Part shown: positions 24,690 through 37,972 of the stretch, piece after piece | Layout of the letters: every line of letters begins with the position of its first letter | Numbering within the stretch: the first letter of the stretch is position 1 | NCBI GenBank assembly: GCA_964016885.1 | Contig: OZ024740.1 | Coordinates: forward strand, 285,324,001 to 285,388,000 | From: Eledone cirrhosa | Taxonomy: Eukaryota | Direction: 5' to 3' | Length of the DNA stretch: 64,000 bases | Translations under genes and position numbers: made by a program | The notes under the pieces: model-generated | Databases searched by the model: none | The model's input: the letters and a program-made list of their open reading frames with translations, nothing else | What the model was told of the DNA's origin: nothing

Positions 24690-26830
24690 CCTTTGTAATG
24701 AATGCATCACCCAACATAGTTTAGTGATTAGTGACATCAGTGAGAGCAAGATGGATTCGGAAAGAGAAGACAATTTGGAACAGGAAGATAAGAAAGCTGA
24801 AAAAGACTACAATTGGGAGTTTCTACAAGACAATCTGCTCAATGCTACAGACCAGATCTGTGGCTAAGGTAAGATAGATGACATGGTAGTTTAAAGTTAT
24901 GAAGATTAAAAGTGCCATTATGAGGAGATTGTATGGGAGAGAGATGGTCTACTCTATGTAGACACAATGGAGGGACTAACAATATAGTAGACAAAACAAT
25001 TAAGGATATAAAAGCAAGGAAGGCAGCCTTAATCATCAGGTACAGTTACTTAGATACTGAAAATATGTCATGGCAGGGTGCTCACATATATATTTATTCA
25101 ATAAATTGGTACAAAATGGTGTCATATCCAATGACTGGCATAGTAGCATTGTCAACTGGTACAAAGGTAAAAGAGATACATTAGAAAAAGGAAACTATAG
25201 TATCAAATTATCAGAACATGGATATATGCATTAACTATCTACACATCATTGGTTAAGGTCAGAATTAATTTAGGATGCAAAAAATATCTAACCAGGACAT
25301 TTTACTGTTAGCTACTGGTGAGATCTGGAGCAAGGAAGTAGCCAGATAAAAGGTGACCTGGTGGAGCAGCACTATAGACTGGGCCATTAAAGATAAAGAA
25401 GCAGGCATGGAAGGACTGGAATAATTGGAGCAGCAAAGAACAATATCAAGTAATTTTAAAGACGCTAGATGGCATTTTTACATAGAGGCCGAAAGTAGGA
25501 GGTTTGTCAGTGTCCTACAATGAAAGGATTAGAAGTGTGAGGTTTCCACATTGCAAAACTGTATCGGTGTAAATCAGGATGGCTATTGAAGTTAACTGTT
25601 GCAGGGTCATAGAAGCAATCGGGATAAAAAGTGGAAAAACTACTTGCCCATCAAAGATAGCCGCTGAGATGCTGAAATTATCTGGTGATGTAGGAGTTAG
25701 GGCTAGTCAATAGCATAGTCAATCAGGCAATAGATAATGGTGACATACCCAATGACTGGCATAGTATAATCCTTAACTGTTACAAGAGAAAAGGAGATAC
25801 TCTAGAAAGGAACAACTACAGAGGTATAAAACTGATGGATCTCGTTACGAAAATGATAGAAATGGTGTTAATGCAACCAACTAGGGATGAGTCATATTAA
25901 ATGAGATGCAGTTTGGTTTCGTACCAGGAAGGAGCACCGTAGATGTCTTCTTCTTAGTGAGACAGACACCTACAAGCCATGTGTCAGCTACTATATCTAG
26001 CTTTTGTTGATCTGGAGAAGGCCTTTGTTAGAGTACCACGTTTGGTTATCTGGTGGTCCTTAAAGAAACTGGGTGTAGATAAGTGGCTTTTGAGCAGTGC
26101 TAGCCATGTACAGTGGGGCTGTCAGGAAAATGAGTTAAGTGAGGTATTTAATGTGCAGGTAGGTGTTCATCAGGGTTCAGTCTGTTTATGTTTATTATAG
26201 TCCTCCAGGCCATAACAGGAGTTTAAGACTGGTTGCCCATTGGAAGTTCGGTATACTGGTTCTTATTGTTGAATCTGTGGAAGAATTAGGAGAGAAATGG
26301 GCTTACAGTAAATTTAGCAAAGACCAATGTTTTAGTATGTAGGAAAGAAGACAGGACACTTGATCTGGATACACATAGATACACAAAAAGTATAATACGA
26401 TTGTAGGCAGACTAACAGAAAAGTTAAATTTATATGTGAGAGATACAGAGGGAGAGTTAGTTGTAAAAGCTCCAGTGAAGTATACTTTTTCCAATCCTGG
26501 GAAAGCTCTATAGAGGTAATTGATTGCTTCTGTTACTTCGGTGACCTGATTAGTTGTGTAGGAGGTTTCTCTGTAAGCATGGTAGTTAGAATAAGTACCA
26601 ACTAGAAAAAGTTCGGTGAGCATGATGCATATGGATGAGGATTGTTGGGTGAAGAAGTTCCCAGTGGAAGGAAGTTATAATAAAAGAAAACCAAGCAAGA
26701 CTTCAGCGGGAGCAGATCTCAAAACACTGAATCTCACAGAGATGATGATTAAACGCAGTGGAGAGAGGCTGTGCTGGAAAAGATGTCTAACCCATACAAA
26801 CATGGAAAAGGAGACATAAAAAGGATGATA
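24690..26830 (+). mobile_element. Highly degenerate, internally rearranged RTE LINE
   Basis: Translation has LYLAFVDLEKAF.RVP, QVGVHQGSV and MDEDCWVKK. 3' tail catggaaaaggagacataaaaggatgat. Confidence 0.8.
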
Positions 26831-26854
26831 AGCCTATCTAATTAGCATTTATTG

Positions 26855-27735
26855 ACTTAGAAGGCCTTTGACGGGGTACTATGCTCTGTAACCTGGTGGT
26901 TGTTTAGGAAACTTGGGGTCGATGAATGTCTTGCGAGGGCTGTGCATGCTATATACAGAAGGGTGAGGGTAAACAATAAAGTACATTGAGTAATTGAGTA
27001 TGCAGGTAGGAGTCCTCCAGGACTAGGCCCCCTGTCCACTTCTGTTCATTATAGTCCTGCAGGTTATAAGAGAATTTAAAACTTGATTGTCCATGGGAAC
27101 ATCTATTTGTTGATGAGCTAAAGAAGAAATTCCAAACATGGAAGCAAAATCTCAAATCAAGAGACTTCAAAGTAAACTTGTTAAAGATTAAATATCCAAT
27201 AAGTAGAAACAAACATAGGTCCTCGATACACTCAGTGAAATGGCTGGGTTCACTATGCAGAAAAAGAATAAGAAGCAATTCCATACTGTGCACCTAGTAT
27301 AATCTATGGATGCAAGAGAAATGTTGTGGGACCACAGGCAGGCTAATGAAGAATGTAGATTACACATGCACTAAGAGCACATGAAAAATGGACCCTCTCA
27401 AATGCTCATATGGCTTTATAGAAATAGTTGAGTTTTTGTTACCAAAGTGACCTAATGGGAGGTGGGTGTTCTGGATGCATAGTAGAACTACGAACTTTAG
27501 AAAAAAGTTCCTGCTAGCAACAAAGGGTTTCTCTCTTTGAGTGAAGGGCAGATTGTATTGCAGCATGATAGTGAGACATGGGCCATGAATGCAAAATATT
27601 TGTGCAGACTAGAAAGAAATGAAGCGAACATGTGTGTGTGTAATGTTAGTGTGCATGAATAACATAGTACTAATGAGCTAATGGCACTCGGAAGACCAAT
27701 GAAAAAAACATGGGAGGAAGTGGTGAAAGCCGAGG
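26855..27735 (+). mobile_element. Degenerate RTE LINE fragment
   Basis: Strings gacttagaaggcctttgacggggta, gaatttaaaacttgattgtccatgggaa and gcatgatagtgagacatgggc match the family. Confidence 0.75.
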
Positions 27736-29599
27736 ACCTATTTAATCCCCCTATCAGCTTCATTTTCACTGCACATCTACCCTATGAATGACACTGGATT
27801 TATCTAACAATCTTCACCGCCCGATGCCCCCTCTCACACTCCTATTTTCTCTGTAATGCAGACCTCTTAACGGAAAGTATCTTTAGTCCTGTCCATACGC
27901 CACCGCCTTTGTTTGCCTATTCTCTCTACGCTCTTAAATCTATCCATTGGGTCACGCTGCATTGATTGAACGTGGGATAGTGAGTACCTTGTAGGTTTGT
28001 TAGTTCCAAGGCACACTCCCTAGTGTTAGTGCCATAGTAAAATGCACCCTGTATACATTATCAAGTGATGACGATCTAACTGAAATCGTGTAAAGCTAAG
28101 AGGACCCTCTTTAGTCAGCCTGGGGTTGTATTTTCTCCTGTCCTGATAGCACATAAAAATGCACCATGTTCCCCCTGTAGAGTGGCAGTGCTACTGCCAC
28201 GATAAAAAGCATTCAGTAGACAATGTAAAGGGTTTGGAGTTAGGCAGAAGATCCTTCCGAAAAAGAAATACCAAGAAATGGGACATAGGAGCGAGATGAG
28301 GTACTCTGTATTCCCAAACAATGATACCTCCTCCATCCTAGCATAGAAAGTGGACGTAAAATAATTATGACGATGGAGGCTAGTTTACATTGCTCAAAGC
28401 CATTTTCACTAGCTAATACGTCCGTTATCTACATTTTCCTCGACCTGCTAAGAAGAGTTACCAGATCCCCCATCAAATCACAAACCACCGTCTTAAATAA
28501 AAGACACTGAATAGTTGCCAACCTAGATACAATATCTGAAAAAAAGATAGGATAGTCATGGCTGTATTATTCTGTATCCACATGTAGCTAGACATTTGCT
28601 ATTTAGTTCAATTGTTAATATTTATTTCTAGCTATTGCTTGCTCCTCGCAAGCATTCGTTATATATTCAAAAAAAAACAAGGTTTTTGAATATGGTGTTA
28701 TCAGACGCTGTGTTAACTCTCGTTCAACAACGTCAATCTATTCGGTTCTTGAATTTTGAAAACCATTTTATAGTCATTATAGTTCTGTTAAATAAACAAA
28801 TAAAATACCCAGTTATCTTCTTGTATTTGTTAACTCACTTCCTGTAAAATATGTATTGCTGATGAAATCAACAATTGTACGAACGAGAGTGAGAGTTTCA
28901 GCGTTATCACTTGACCTGCTAGAAATAACAGCTTAATCTTTATGAAGGAAAGACACATTAGATAATGTGTCGGCGATCTTTTATTTCATGTCGGTAAATT
29001 ATTTGAAATTAATAAAATGATTTACCGACAAAATAAAAACTTCAGAAATTACGAACTTATTTTTCCCCCCTTATTAAGTAGGGCGTACGAAGATAATGGT
29101 TAAAAGATTGGCTGAATAGATTAAACTAACCTAGGGTTGCTCTCGCATGATGATACATTATATTTGTTGTTTTGAGCTAAATGTTATTAAAGACATTCCA
29201 GCCGTGACTATTCCGTCTGTCTATATAGCCAGGGCTAGATTATCCAATGAAGACACCAGGGTATGATTTCAGGGAAATTTAGTTACTATTTATAGATGGT
29301 TAATCGCGTAGCGACTTCTTTGTTGGTTCGTTATTTAAATCAGCTGTCTTGTTTGACGCACGAACACAGTGCTTCCTTTGTAAAATGGTTCACTTATGTT
29401 GTTTTTCTTTGATAAAGCAAAAGTTTATTTTTAAAGTTAGAGTAGCTTATTATCATTCGTTCTGTTCTTAGCTATCGATATTAACAATCAAGTCGGTCTT
29501 ATCAAATATATCTTGACTGCTCCATATTAACATTATACAGTATATATATATATATAAATAAATATAAAAAGCCGTAGAGCAAATATTTATTATTTTTTT

Positions 29600-29650
29600 A
29601 ATTTCAGAAGATCCCGTTAAGGGTGAAAGCAGCGATTCTTTGCTTAAACT
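29600..29650 (+). ncRNA. Hammerhead-like motif with CAGAAGA core (copy 1)
   Basis: UUU/AAA stem I, CAGAAGA, U-CCC-GUUAA-GGG-U, GAA, AGCAG/UUGCU stem III, triplet CUU. Near-identical to 36600-36650. Confidence 0.4.
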
Positions 29651-30899
29651 TTAATCTTATCTTATATATATATATGTGTGTGTTATTTTTGCAGTGTGGT
29701 CGGACTATTTCCATCAGTAGTTGGCTACGTTTCACACACGCGTTTGGATATACAAACAAGAGAAAATGTACTCAAAATGCGTGCAGTGTATTTCTTCTTT
29801 AGAAGTAGATGGTTAATGCGTGATATAATGTGTAATCTTATTTAATTAATATACTGTTTGTAGTTATGTTTTGCTAGCTTTGTTTAATTTTAAGATATAG
29901 AAGGATACTTGTTTATAGGTACCAGTTGCACCGAAACAATTTAACATATTGAAATACTGTCGTATGAGACACCTGGTGTTAATAAAAATATTTTATTTAA
30001 TTTGATCACTTTTTTATGCTAAGATGTTTGAATTCCTCCCTATTGTCACTTCGGCCATCGCCTTTTTCATTTTGCATTAATTTTCTTTAATCATCATCAA
30101 ACATATATATACCCACTAAATTACGTTGATTTTGTTCTACTCATGTATCTATCTTCGAACTGGTATTTGCATTCGTATTTTGTTGTTGTTGCCTGAAGAT
30201 AGATACAGTTGTAAATATACATAAATAGTTAGTTATGGATAGACAGACAGCTCGGTAGACATACAAATGTGTTCTTCATATTTGATATTTTGTCTGTGTA
30301 TACATACATATATATATATATATATATAGGCTTAATGACTGCGACTATGATTAGTCATTGTCGAAAATGTAAATAGTTTGTTCTCAAATTCAAAATAAGG
30401 TTGGGAAATTTTATTGTTGCATTCCGTAGAGGCCTGCACCAGCTTAAAATTTTATTTTCGCATATCCTTAAATAGCGTGATTATATTTCATTTAACCAGC
30501 TATATCCTGATCAGCCCAGTTTTACAGTTTTTTTTATATGCACGCGCATTGTTTGCGATAGCTAGTATTACATTTAATAATGTTAATATTTCCAAAAACT
30601 CCCCCTAAAATTTATCCAATATTTAATTGACATTTTCTATTTGTTTTAAAGTACAGAATAAAGTCATACATGCGCATTCGTGTCTAGGCTAAATTTGTGA
30701 GGTCGACCATTACACGGATATTACTTTCGGGGGGCTGAAATTTAAATTGCAATCCCTAATATCGTTGTGAATAAATGTCAAATGATAAATTATAATACTG
30801 ATGTTTTTATGGATAAAAACACACTTCGTATTACTAAAACAGATAAAGCCATGCCGCTTTTATAAATATTTTCACTTGCATATATCAGGAAAAAACATG

Positions 30900-31650
30900 A
30901 TCTACAGATAAATGTTACCAAGACAGAGTACATGTCACTAAACCAAGAAGGTGGAAATTTTGTCACACTAGATGGCGGAATACAAAATAGAGTTGAAGAT
31001 TTTCTATATTTAAATGGACATGGACATTGGAATTTTTTAATTCAGGGCTGCAATGAACAAAATGGAAAGGATATAGAAGTCAGATTTACCCAGAAAAATC
31101 AAAATATTCTTGAGAACATCTGTTGAGTCAGTGTTGTATGGATCAGGTACATGGACCCTGACACAAGCATTTGTGAAACTAGACGGTGCATACACTAAAT
31201 GTTTAGGGTTGTACGAAACATAAACTGGCGTTAACGTATTACACATGAAAGTTTATACGGAAACTTGCCCAAGATAACAACTACAATTGCTCAAAGACGG
31301 TTACGATTTGCAGGACATTGCTGGAGAAGTAAACAGGAAGTTATACATAAGTTACTATTGTAGGAACCAAGTCACGGGAGACACAGCAGATGAAGACCTG
31401 TTCGAACCTTCATCGATTAACCCTCAGACGATACAAACCTCAATAGGGAACAGTTGTCAGGAGCAATGGAAAATTACTATTGTGGGAACCAACTCACGGG
31501 AGACCTAGCAGATGAAGACCTATTCGAATCTTCATCGTTTAACCCTCAGACGATACAAACCTCAATAGGGAGCAGTTGTCAGGAGCAATGGAAAATCGTG
31601 AATTGTGGAGAAACTTTGTTAGGAATGTTCGACTGTGGTCGCAAATGATC
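30900..31650 (+). mobile_element. RTE-like LINE 3' fragment with an internal ~122-bp tandem duplication (31352-31595)
   Basis: SVESVLYGS.TWTLT, LDGAYT and RLRFAGHCWR motifs; the duplicated block is visible directly. Confidence 0.7.
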
Positions 31651-31954
31651 ATGATATCGGGAAATAATAATTAATTTCTTCATAATAGCGTTTATGTCCA
31701 GAATAATACCTTCATTGACAAATCTTGGTCCGTAATGAAACGGGGTTGACTTTTACAAAAACGTGTGTATAAATATATATATATATATATAAATTTGCAC
31801 GTTAAACTGATCTATATTATATTTTATCTGTTGAAAGCACACCATAATTTAACTTGGTATCCTTGAAATATGTATAATGAAATAAATATGGTTTTATAAA
31901 TATAGTTTCCATTTGTTAATATATCGTATATAAATATATATATATATATGTGTG

Positions 31955-32190
31955 TGTGGCTTAGCGGTAAGGTCATGAGTTCGATACCACATTGCTCCAG
32001 TTCATTCAGCTAGAGAAAATGAATTGTATCTGTAATTCGAAGAACTAGCCTTGTCTCATTCATTGTCACGCTGAATTTTTCTGATAACTAATTAAGGGTA
32101 CACGTGCCTGTGGAATGCTCAGTCACTTGCACGTTAAATTTACGAGCAGGGTGTTCCGTTGATCGAATAAACTAAAAACTCTTAATCGTG
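31955..32190 (+). mobile_element. Second tRNA-headed SINE family
   Basis: A-box-like gtggcttagcggtaagg and B-box-like gagttcgatacc. Related heads at about 38640-38800(-), 59884-60000(+) and 62640-62760(-). Confidence 0.6.
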
Positions 32191-34416
32191 ACCGATAGAG
32201 TGCCAGTAATGGCTACCTGAATACGCAAATGTGTTTTTCACCCTCCCGTTCTTTCCTGAGATATACTGGTCTTTAAATTTGTGTTTGTAAACAGCTGGAC
32301 AGGAGTTGCCGTCCATGTTGTTGAAGCAGAAAATTTTCAGACTTGATTGACAATAAGCTGACATTTCCTTGACATATGTATTTATTAACTACATAGCATT
32401 TACTTCTGCTTTGCTACTTCAAATATTTTATTTTAATATCATTTTGACATTAATACAAATAGAATACTCACCACTGTAAATAAATACATTTGGAATATAT
32501 TTAGTCTTTATGTCACCACCACCGTAAATAAGTACTGTATTTATTTTTTGTTAATTAATTTTTGTTGTTGTTGCGTGAGTAACAGACATTTTGCAAGATA
32601 TCAACGTTATATATGACATAAGTACAGTGTCTGAGAGCAGCAATTCGTTTTCTCCACCAGCGATTGTTTACTAACATTGCTCATGCTTGCATTTGTTTTG
32701 ACCAGTCTTTACTTGCGTATTGATTTTATCGATGTTAGCATTTATCTTAACTAAAGTGTACATAATGTTGAATTTTTAAAAGACCCTGAGGTTGAAAATA
32801 TTTGAAGTAGAGAATTTCTGTGGTTAACTAATTGTAATAGTATCAAACACAGTTTAAACAATCTAGTCAGGTGAAATCATCTATTTGCTCTTGTTGCATG
32901 AATATTTTTTTCTGTAAACGAACAGTTGTATTCAAAATTTAATAGTGGATCAAATGTGGAAATAGATCCTTTAAATAAAAGTTTGAAAGATTTTATTTAC
33001 TTAATTCACTATTAAATATTACGGAAGTGGAGAATAGAGAAAATATAATTTAGTTGATTTAGAATATCTCTAGTCACCTATATTATTCAGTTAATTTTAA
33101 TACTCAATGTTTGATGTGGGAGAGAAAGTATATTATCAGAGCACTGTTTATTCAAAACCGAGATAACTTGTTATTACTGTGTTGGGAACCAGTTTAGGCA
33201 AATTCACACAATTGTGCTCGAGGGAATCTAAAGTCTGGTTCAGAATATAAGCAAATAGATGAAACAAAGACTATTCATAATAATATCTTGCTTTAACATT
33301 CTGGTATATGAGTTTATTATTTTCTAATTTTTACAAAGTTACAAAGGTTTTGAATATGAATATTCAGAATCATTAGTTTCTAATATAGACTTTCGTCCCA
33401 TTTCTGTATTTTTCAGATTTTAAGGACTAGTTCTCTTTTGAATTCACGTAGGTCTCTGTTGAAGTCCCAAGTTATCTTGATGGCCCCAAATCAGACGTGT
33501 TGCGTTTTGTTGATCTGAATGCTGATTTTGTGTTCGTGCTTCAACATAGGAAAATTGTTGATATATTTGTTATTTGTTTCTTTCCAGGAACATGTACTGG
33601 CAGATATCTTTTATTTTCTCTTTAGGAATAACATTCCACGTGTTAATGACTTCACTGAAAAAAAAAAAATTTCCATTGATAAAAAATAATCTTGTATTAT
33701 ATGGAATTATATTACATTTTTACCATCTTTCTATTTAGTATTTCCATTAATTATTATTCGAGTTCAAATCCCGCCGAAGTTAACTTTGCCTTTCATCCTT
33801 ACGGGGTCGATAAAATAAAGTACCAGTAATACACTGGGTAATTGCTGGCCTTGTGCCTAACGTAGAAACAATTATTATTCAAATCTATAATCTCGTCTAG
33901 TAGGCATAATTAAATTTCAGATTTGGTAAGATCAAAATATAAGCAATAACATAATCATAGCTGGTGATTTCAATGGCACACGGGTGTACAAGAAGCCTGT
34001 TATTATGTACAGACAGGCAACAAAACATGGTGGCTTGCTAGAAGTTGTAGGTATTTTCTTTTCCGTAGAAGATCTAATTAATTTTGGAAGAGGTGGATGA
34101 AGTTTTATTAGAAGTATTATTTAGTAGTTGGAACAAAAGGTTTTTCTTTCTGTAGAAAGCTGTGATGCTGAGGATTTGTTGAGATTGAATTTGATCCATT
34201 AGGTGAAACAAGTGGTAATATGCTAAAACAACAAACTCAACCAATCCATATTAGCATACAAAAACTAATGTTAAAAGGACGATGAATGTGGTAAAACGGT
34301 AATTAGAGTAAGTTAAATCAAGCCCAAATATTGGAAATAATTTTTTCTGAATAGAAATTATAGTTGAAGTAGAAGTACATAGCAATGCCTAAATATTGTA
34401 GCAAAGTAACAAGACA

Positions 34417-35635
34417 GTGGGTGGATTTTGAGGGAGACTTGTCTGTTATTTCTAACATGCCAAGCTATCACACAGAGGTCCTATTTATTGATTCATATAG
34501 ATGTACATACACAAGAGAGTAAAGTGTAGTTTGAGGGAAACTTTGCTGCTATTTTTAACATTGTAGAAGCTTCCTCGTTTGCTAATAGGGTGTGATTTGA
34601 AGAAGACTGCTATTTCTAGCAAAGCATGCTACCACATACAGGTTTCCCTATGCAAATATTACTCGAGTGGTGTTGGGGGTAACCACAGTTAAAAAAGGTA
34701 CTCATTAAGTTGGCAGACCGTAGACATCTTTATTAATGAAACAGTTCTAGCCCTGTACAAGAAATTTACACACACACGTGTATAAAAGGTAAACAGAAAT
34801 AAAGCAAACGACACCGTACAATGAAGAAACATAGTATGTAATACACCAAAGACTAAGGTAAAATTTAAGGGAGATTTAGCTGCTATTTCTCACATGCCTA
34901 TTCCATTGGCTGATAATGTATACAGAAGACGGTAGGGCGTGAATTTGATGATTTGGTTTCTATTTCTAACAGGCTGATATGTGTTAGAGGCTTCCTCGTT
35001 GGTTATACATATATAAACATAAAACAATGTGATTTAAGGGTGATTTGGCTACTATTTTTAGCAGATTGTGTTTTCACATAGAGCTCTATTTTACCGGCTT
35101 TAATAAAGACAAAATAAGGAAAATGTGATTTGCTATTCTATCAGCTTTAGCCCACATGCAATGTCCCCCCCCCCCCCCCCCCCGAATTAAACATTTATGA
35201 TGAAAGGTATTTTTAACCGTGACCACCCCACGCTTTCCCCAGACACTATGCAATGGGAACTTACGCCATGCATTTTTGTTTTTTCTTTCTGAAATAACTT
35301 CATATAGTATGGTTGTCTTCATTGTTGGGCTGATTATACTTATGTTTTTGATGCTGTTATCACTGTCGTTGTTGATGTTGTTTAGCTAGAATTTGGTAAG
35401 TCTACAGTTAAAAAGCCTTCCGATTGTGACCATACTATGTTTGCATTATCTATACCTGTTATTATGCAGTTGGCTGCTATTTCTAGTGCGTTGAGACATT
35501 TGCATATATGCTCTCTCGCTGACTCAATTTCATCTCTGATGGAGCAGACTTGTTAAATATGTTAAGATACTATGACATTTTTGGCTGGTATTTTTAGCAG
35601 ATTGAGATATTACTTAGAGGTTCTGACATTGGCTC
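34417..35635 (+). repeat. Cluster of about 8 same-orientation degenerate copies of a ~65-bp module
   Basis: Consensus-like gtgtgatttgagggagatttggctgctatttctagca...tagaggcttcctcgttggct at about 34417, 34523, 34588, 34857, 34935, 35027, 35468 and 35577. Confidence 0.7.
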
Positions 35636-35972
35636 GATAATAAGCAAATAAATTTAGAAAACTCTACAATTTGTAGAGTTAGGTAACTTTCCTTTTGTCT
35701 CTTAACATATTTTCGTTTTCTAATCTTAACCACTCTCTCTTTACACCCTTCTTTCCATGTGTGTCTCTCATTCTCTCTTATTTTCTCTTTTGTGTACTCT
35801 TCGCATTATTTTTTGTGTCTAACCACCTCTTTCCATAGAGAGCGGAGCAAGGGAGATAACTGTAAGACAACATTGTCAGATTTTTCAATAGGAAATACGA
35901 AAAATAAAACTTAATTTAAAACCATTGCTGCATTCATTATGTATCAAAATTATAAATACAAACCTTCCCTGT

Positions 35973-36011
35973 GAGATGGCTGATTTCATTATCGTCATCA
36001 TCATTATACGA

Positions 36012-36059
<48 letters not shown>

Positions 36060-36811
36060 TTATTTATTTATTAAAATAACAGATTAAAGTTTAAGCAAAG
36101 AATCACTGCTTTCACCCTGAAACTAAAAAAATCAAAAGAATTTAAATCTACGACTTCAGTTATACCATTTACGTGGTTTTGTTTTTGTGTGTAATTGTTC
36201 TCACCGGTCCACATATGACGTATTATCTTCGTTTTTTTCCGTTCATTGCCAGAGAACGTCTCCACGAACCACCTAAGAGAATATTAGTCTACGACTTCAT
36301 TTATTCCATAAACGTGGTTTTGTCTTTGCGTGTAATTGTTTTCACCGTTCCAAATAATTGTTTCTACTATTGGCACAAGGCCAGCAATTACCCAGTACAT
36401 TAGTGGTACTTTATTTTATCGACCCATAAGGATGAAAGGCAAAGTTAACCAAAGTTCCAAATAATGACGTATTATCTTCGTTTTTTTCCCGTTCTTTGCC
36501 AAGGAACGTTTCCACGGACCAAAGTATCGTCTTCCTGTCTTCCGTCGGTTGCAACGTTTTTCGAAATATTTACTTCTGCGTTCACAGATTGATTTTTTTA
36601 GTTTCAGAAGATCCTGTTAAGGGTGAAAGCAGCGATTCTTTGCTTAAACTTTAATCTGTTATTTTAATAAATATTTGCTCTACGGTTCTTATATATTTGA
36701 TATATATTTATCCTTATCGAACCCTCTTTGGATTTTAGTCTTCAAATTTATTATTATTACTATATATATATAATCGTATAATGATGACGACGATAATGAA
36801 ATCAGCCATCT
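35973..36811. mobile_element. Foldback remnant resembling a Penelope-like pseudo-LTR pair, with a nested SINE
   Basis: 35973-36013 is inverted to 36771-36811, and 36062-36133 is inverted to 36590-36672. Direct duplication 36146-36270 / 36288-36520. The SINE is flanked by 12-bp TSD gttccaaataat (36347-36358, 36454-36465). Confidence 0.65.
36584..36659 (+). ncRNA. Extended type I hammerhead-like motif with CAGAAGA core (copy 2)
   Basis: Stem I AGUUU/AAACU extended by ACAGAUUGA/UUAAUCUGU across a U7 bulge; CAGAAGA; U-CCU-GUUAA-GGG-U; GAA; AGCAG/UUGCU; triplet CUU ending at 36645. Confidence 0.5.
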
Positions 36812-36982
36812 TATATATATATATATATATATATAATTACATAAATGGAGAAAGCTAATAGCGATACTCTGACCAATTCCAACTCACTCAACAAACATTA
36901 GGAAATACCGGAGTATATTCCCAATTAAACGTTTGGAGTGCTAACTATATTGTATTGTGTGGATAATTGGCTGTATTATTTT

Positions 36983-37167
36983 GTGGATTGGAAGTATCGG
37001 TAGAGGGTCGGACGCCATGCTTTCCAGCATAGTTACGTCCCTTTACGATCTGAGTTCAAATCCCGCCGAGGTTGACTTTGCCTTTCATCCTTACGGGGTC
37101 GATAAAATAAAGTACCAGTAATGTACTGGGTAATTGCTGGCCTTGTGCCTAAAGTAGAAACAATTAT
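36983..37167 (+). mobile_element. Full-length tRNA-derived SINE
   Basis: A-box ttggaagtatcggtagag, B-box gagttcaaatccc and the family tail. Confidence 0.85.
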
Positions 37168-37635
37168 TTTATATGAGATATATTAAAGATCTCATTTCCC
37201 ATACGAATCGTTTCATTGTAAGATTTCTACATGGTGGGTGAAATTATACCAAGTTATGTAGAAACTTGTGTAAGATCAATGGATTCTTATGCAAGTGGGC
37301 TCTTACAAATCTTCGGTGGGTGCCCAATAATATTAATATTAATAACTAAATCAACATCAATATTTAGCGATAATCACCATCAGTGCTAGAAGGAGTTTTT
37401 AAGTTGTAAGTCCAGCAGTTCGAAAGAAAATCTCACACTGTCCCCAAAATGGGAGGAGGAGGCTACCGCGAAAAATAATACACACGCAGGTCATTGAACT
37501 CTGACAAGAATTCAAGCCTCGTGTGAAGAACTCAATTGGATATGAAAAAATAAATATGTGTGTACTGTTTAAGGACACATAGAAATATTTTCTCAGACAA
37601 AATATCAGATATGAGATACAGGAACAAACGATCAA

Positions 37636-37874
37636 TATTCATATAAAAAAATAAACAAAGAGAGTCATACCTTATATCAGGAAAGTTCATGTCTGGTGAT
37701 CCAAGAGTATATTACTTAATTACATAAACAGAGAAAGCTAATAGCGATACTCCGACCAATTCATATAAAAAAATAAACAAAGAGAGTCATACCTTATATC
37801 AGGAAAGTTCATGTCTGGTGATCCAAGAGTATATTACATAAACAGAGAAAGCTAATAGCGATACTCCGACCAAT
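37636..37874. repeat. ~120-bp tandem duplication with a partial third copy at about 36835-36880
   Basis: attcatataaaaaaataaacaaagagagtc...gaaagctaatagcgatactccgaccaat occurs twice. Confidence 0.85.
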
Positions 37875-37972
37875 ATATATATATAACAAAGAAGGTGTGG
37901 TAAGATACCAGGTGGACCATAACGCTCCAGAGTACTCGATACTTACGGTAGTAGAGTGGGTAATAGGAAAAT

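Noticed and set aside
34417-35635. CRISPR-like repeat-spacer array
   Set aside because: Repeats are highly diverged, spacer lengths are irregular and the module is also dispersed elsewhere.
36983-37070. tRNA gene
   Set aside because: A and B boxes are present, but there is no cloverleaf and the sequence continues into a multi-copy SINE body.
37692-37760. Hammerhead (ctggtga...gaaagcta)
   Set aside because: The core is mismatched, and there is no A15.1-U16.1 pair or stem I.
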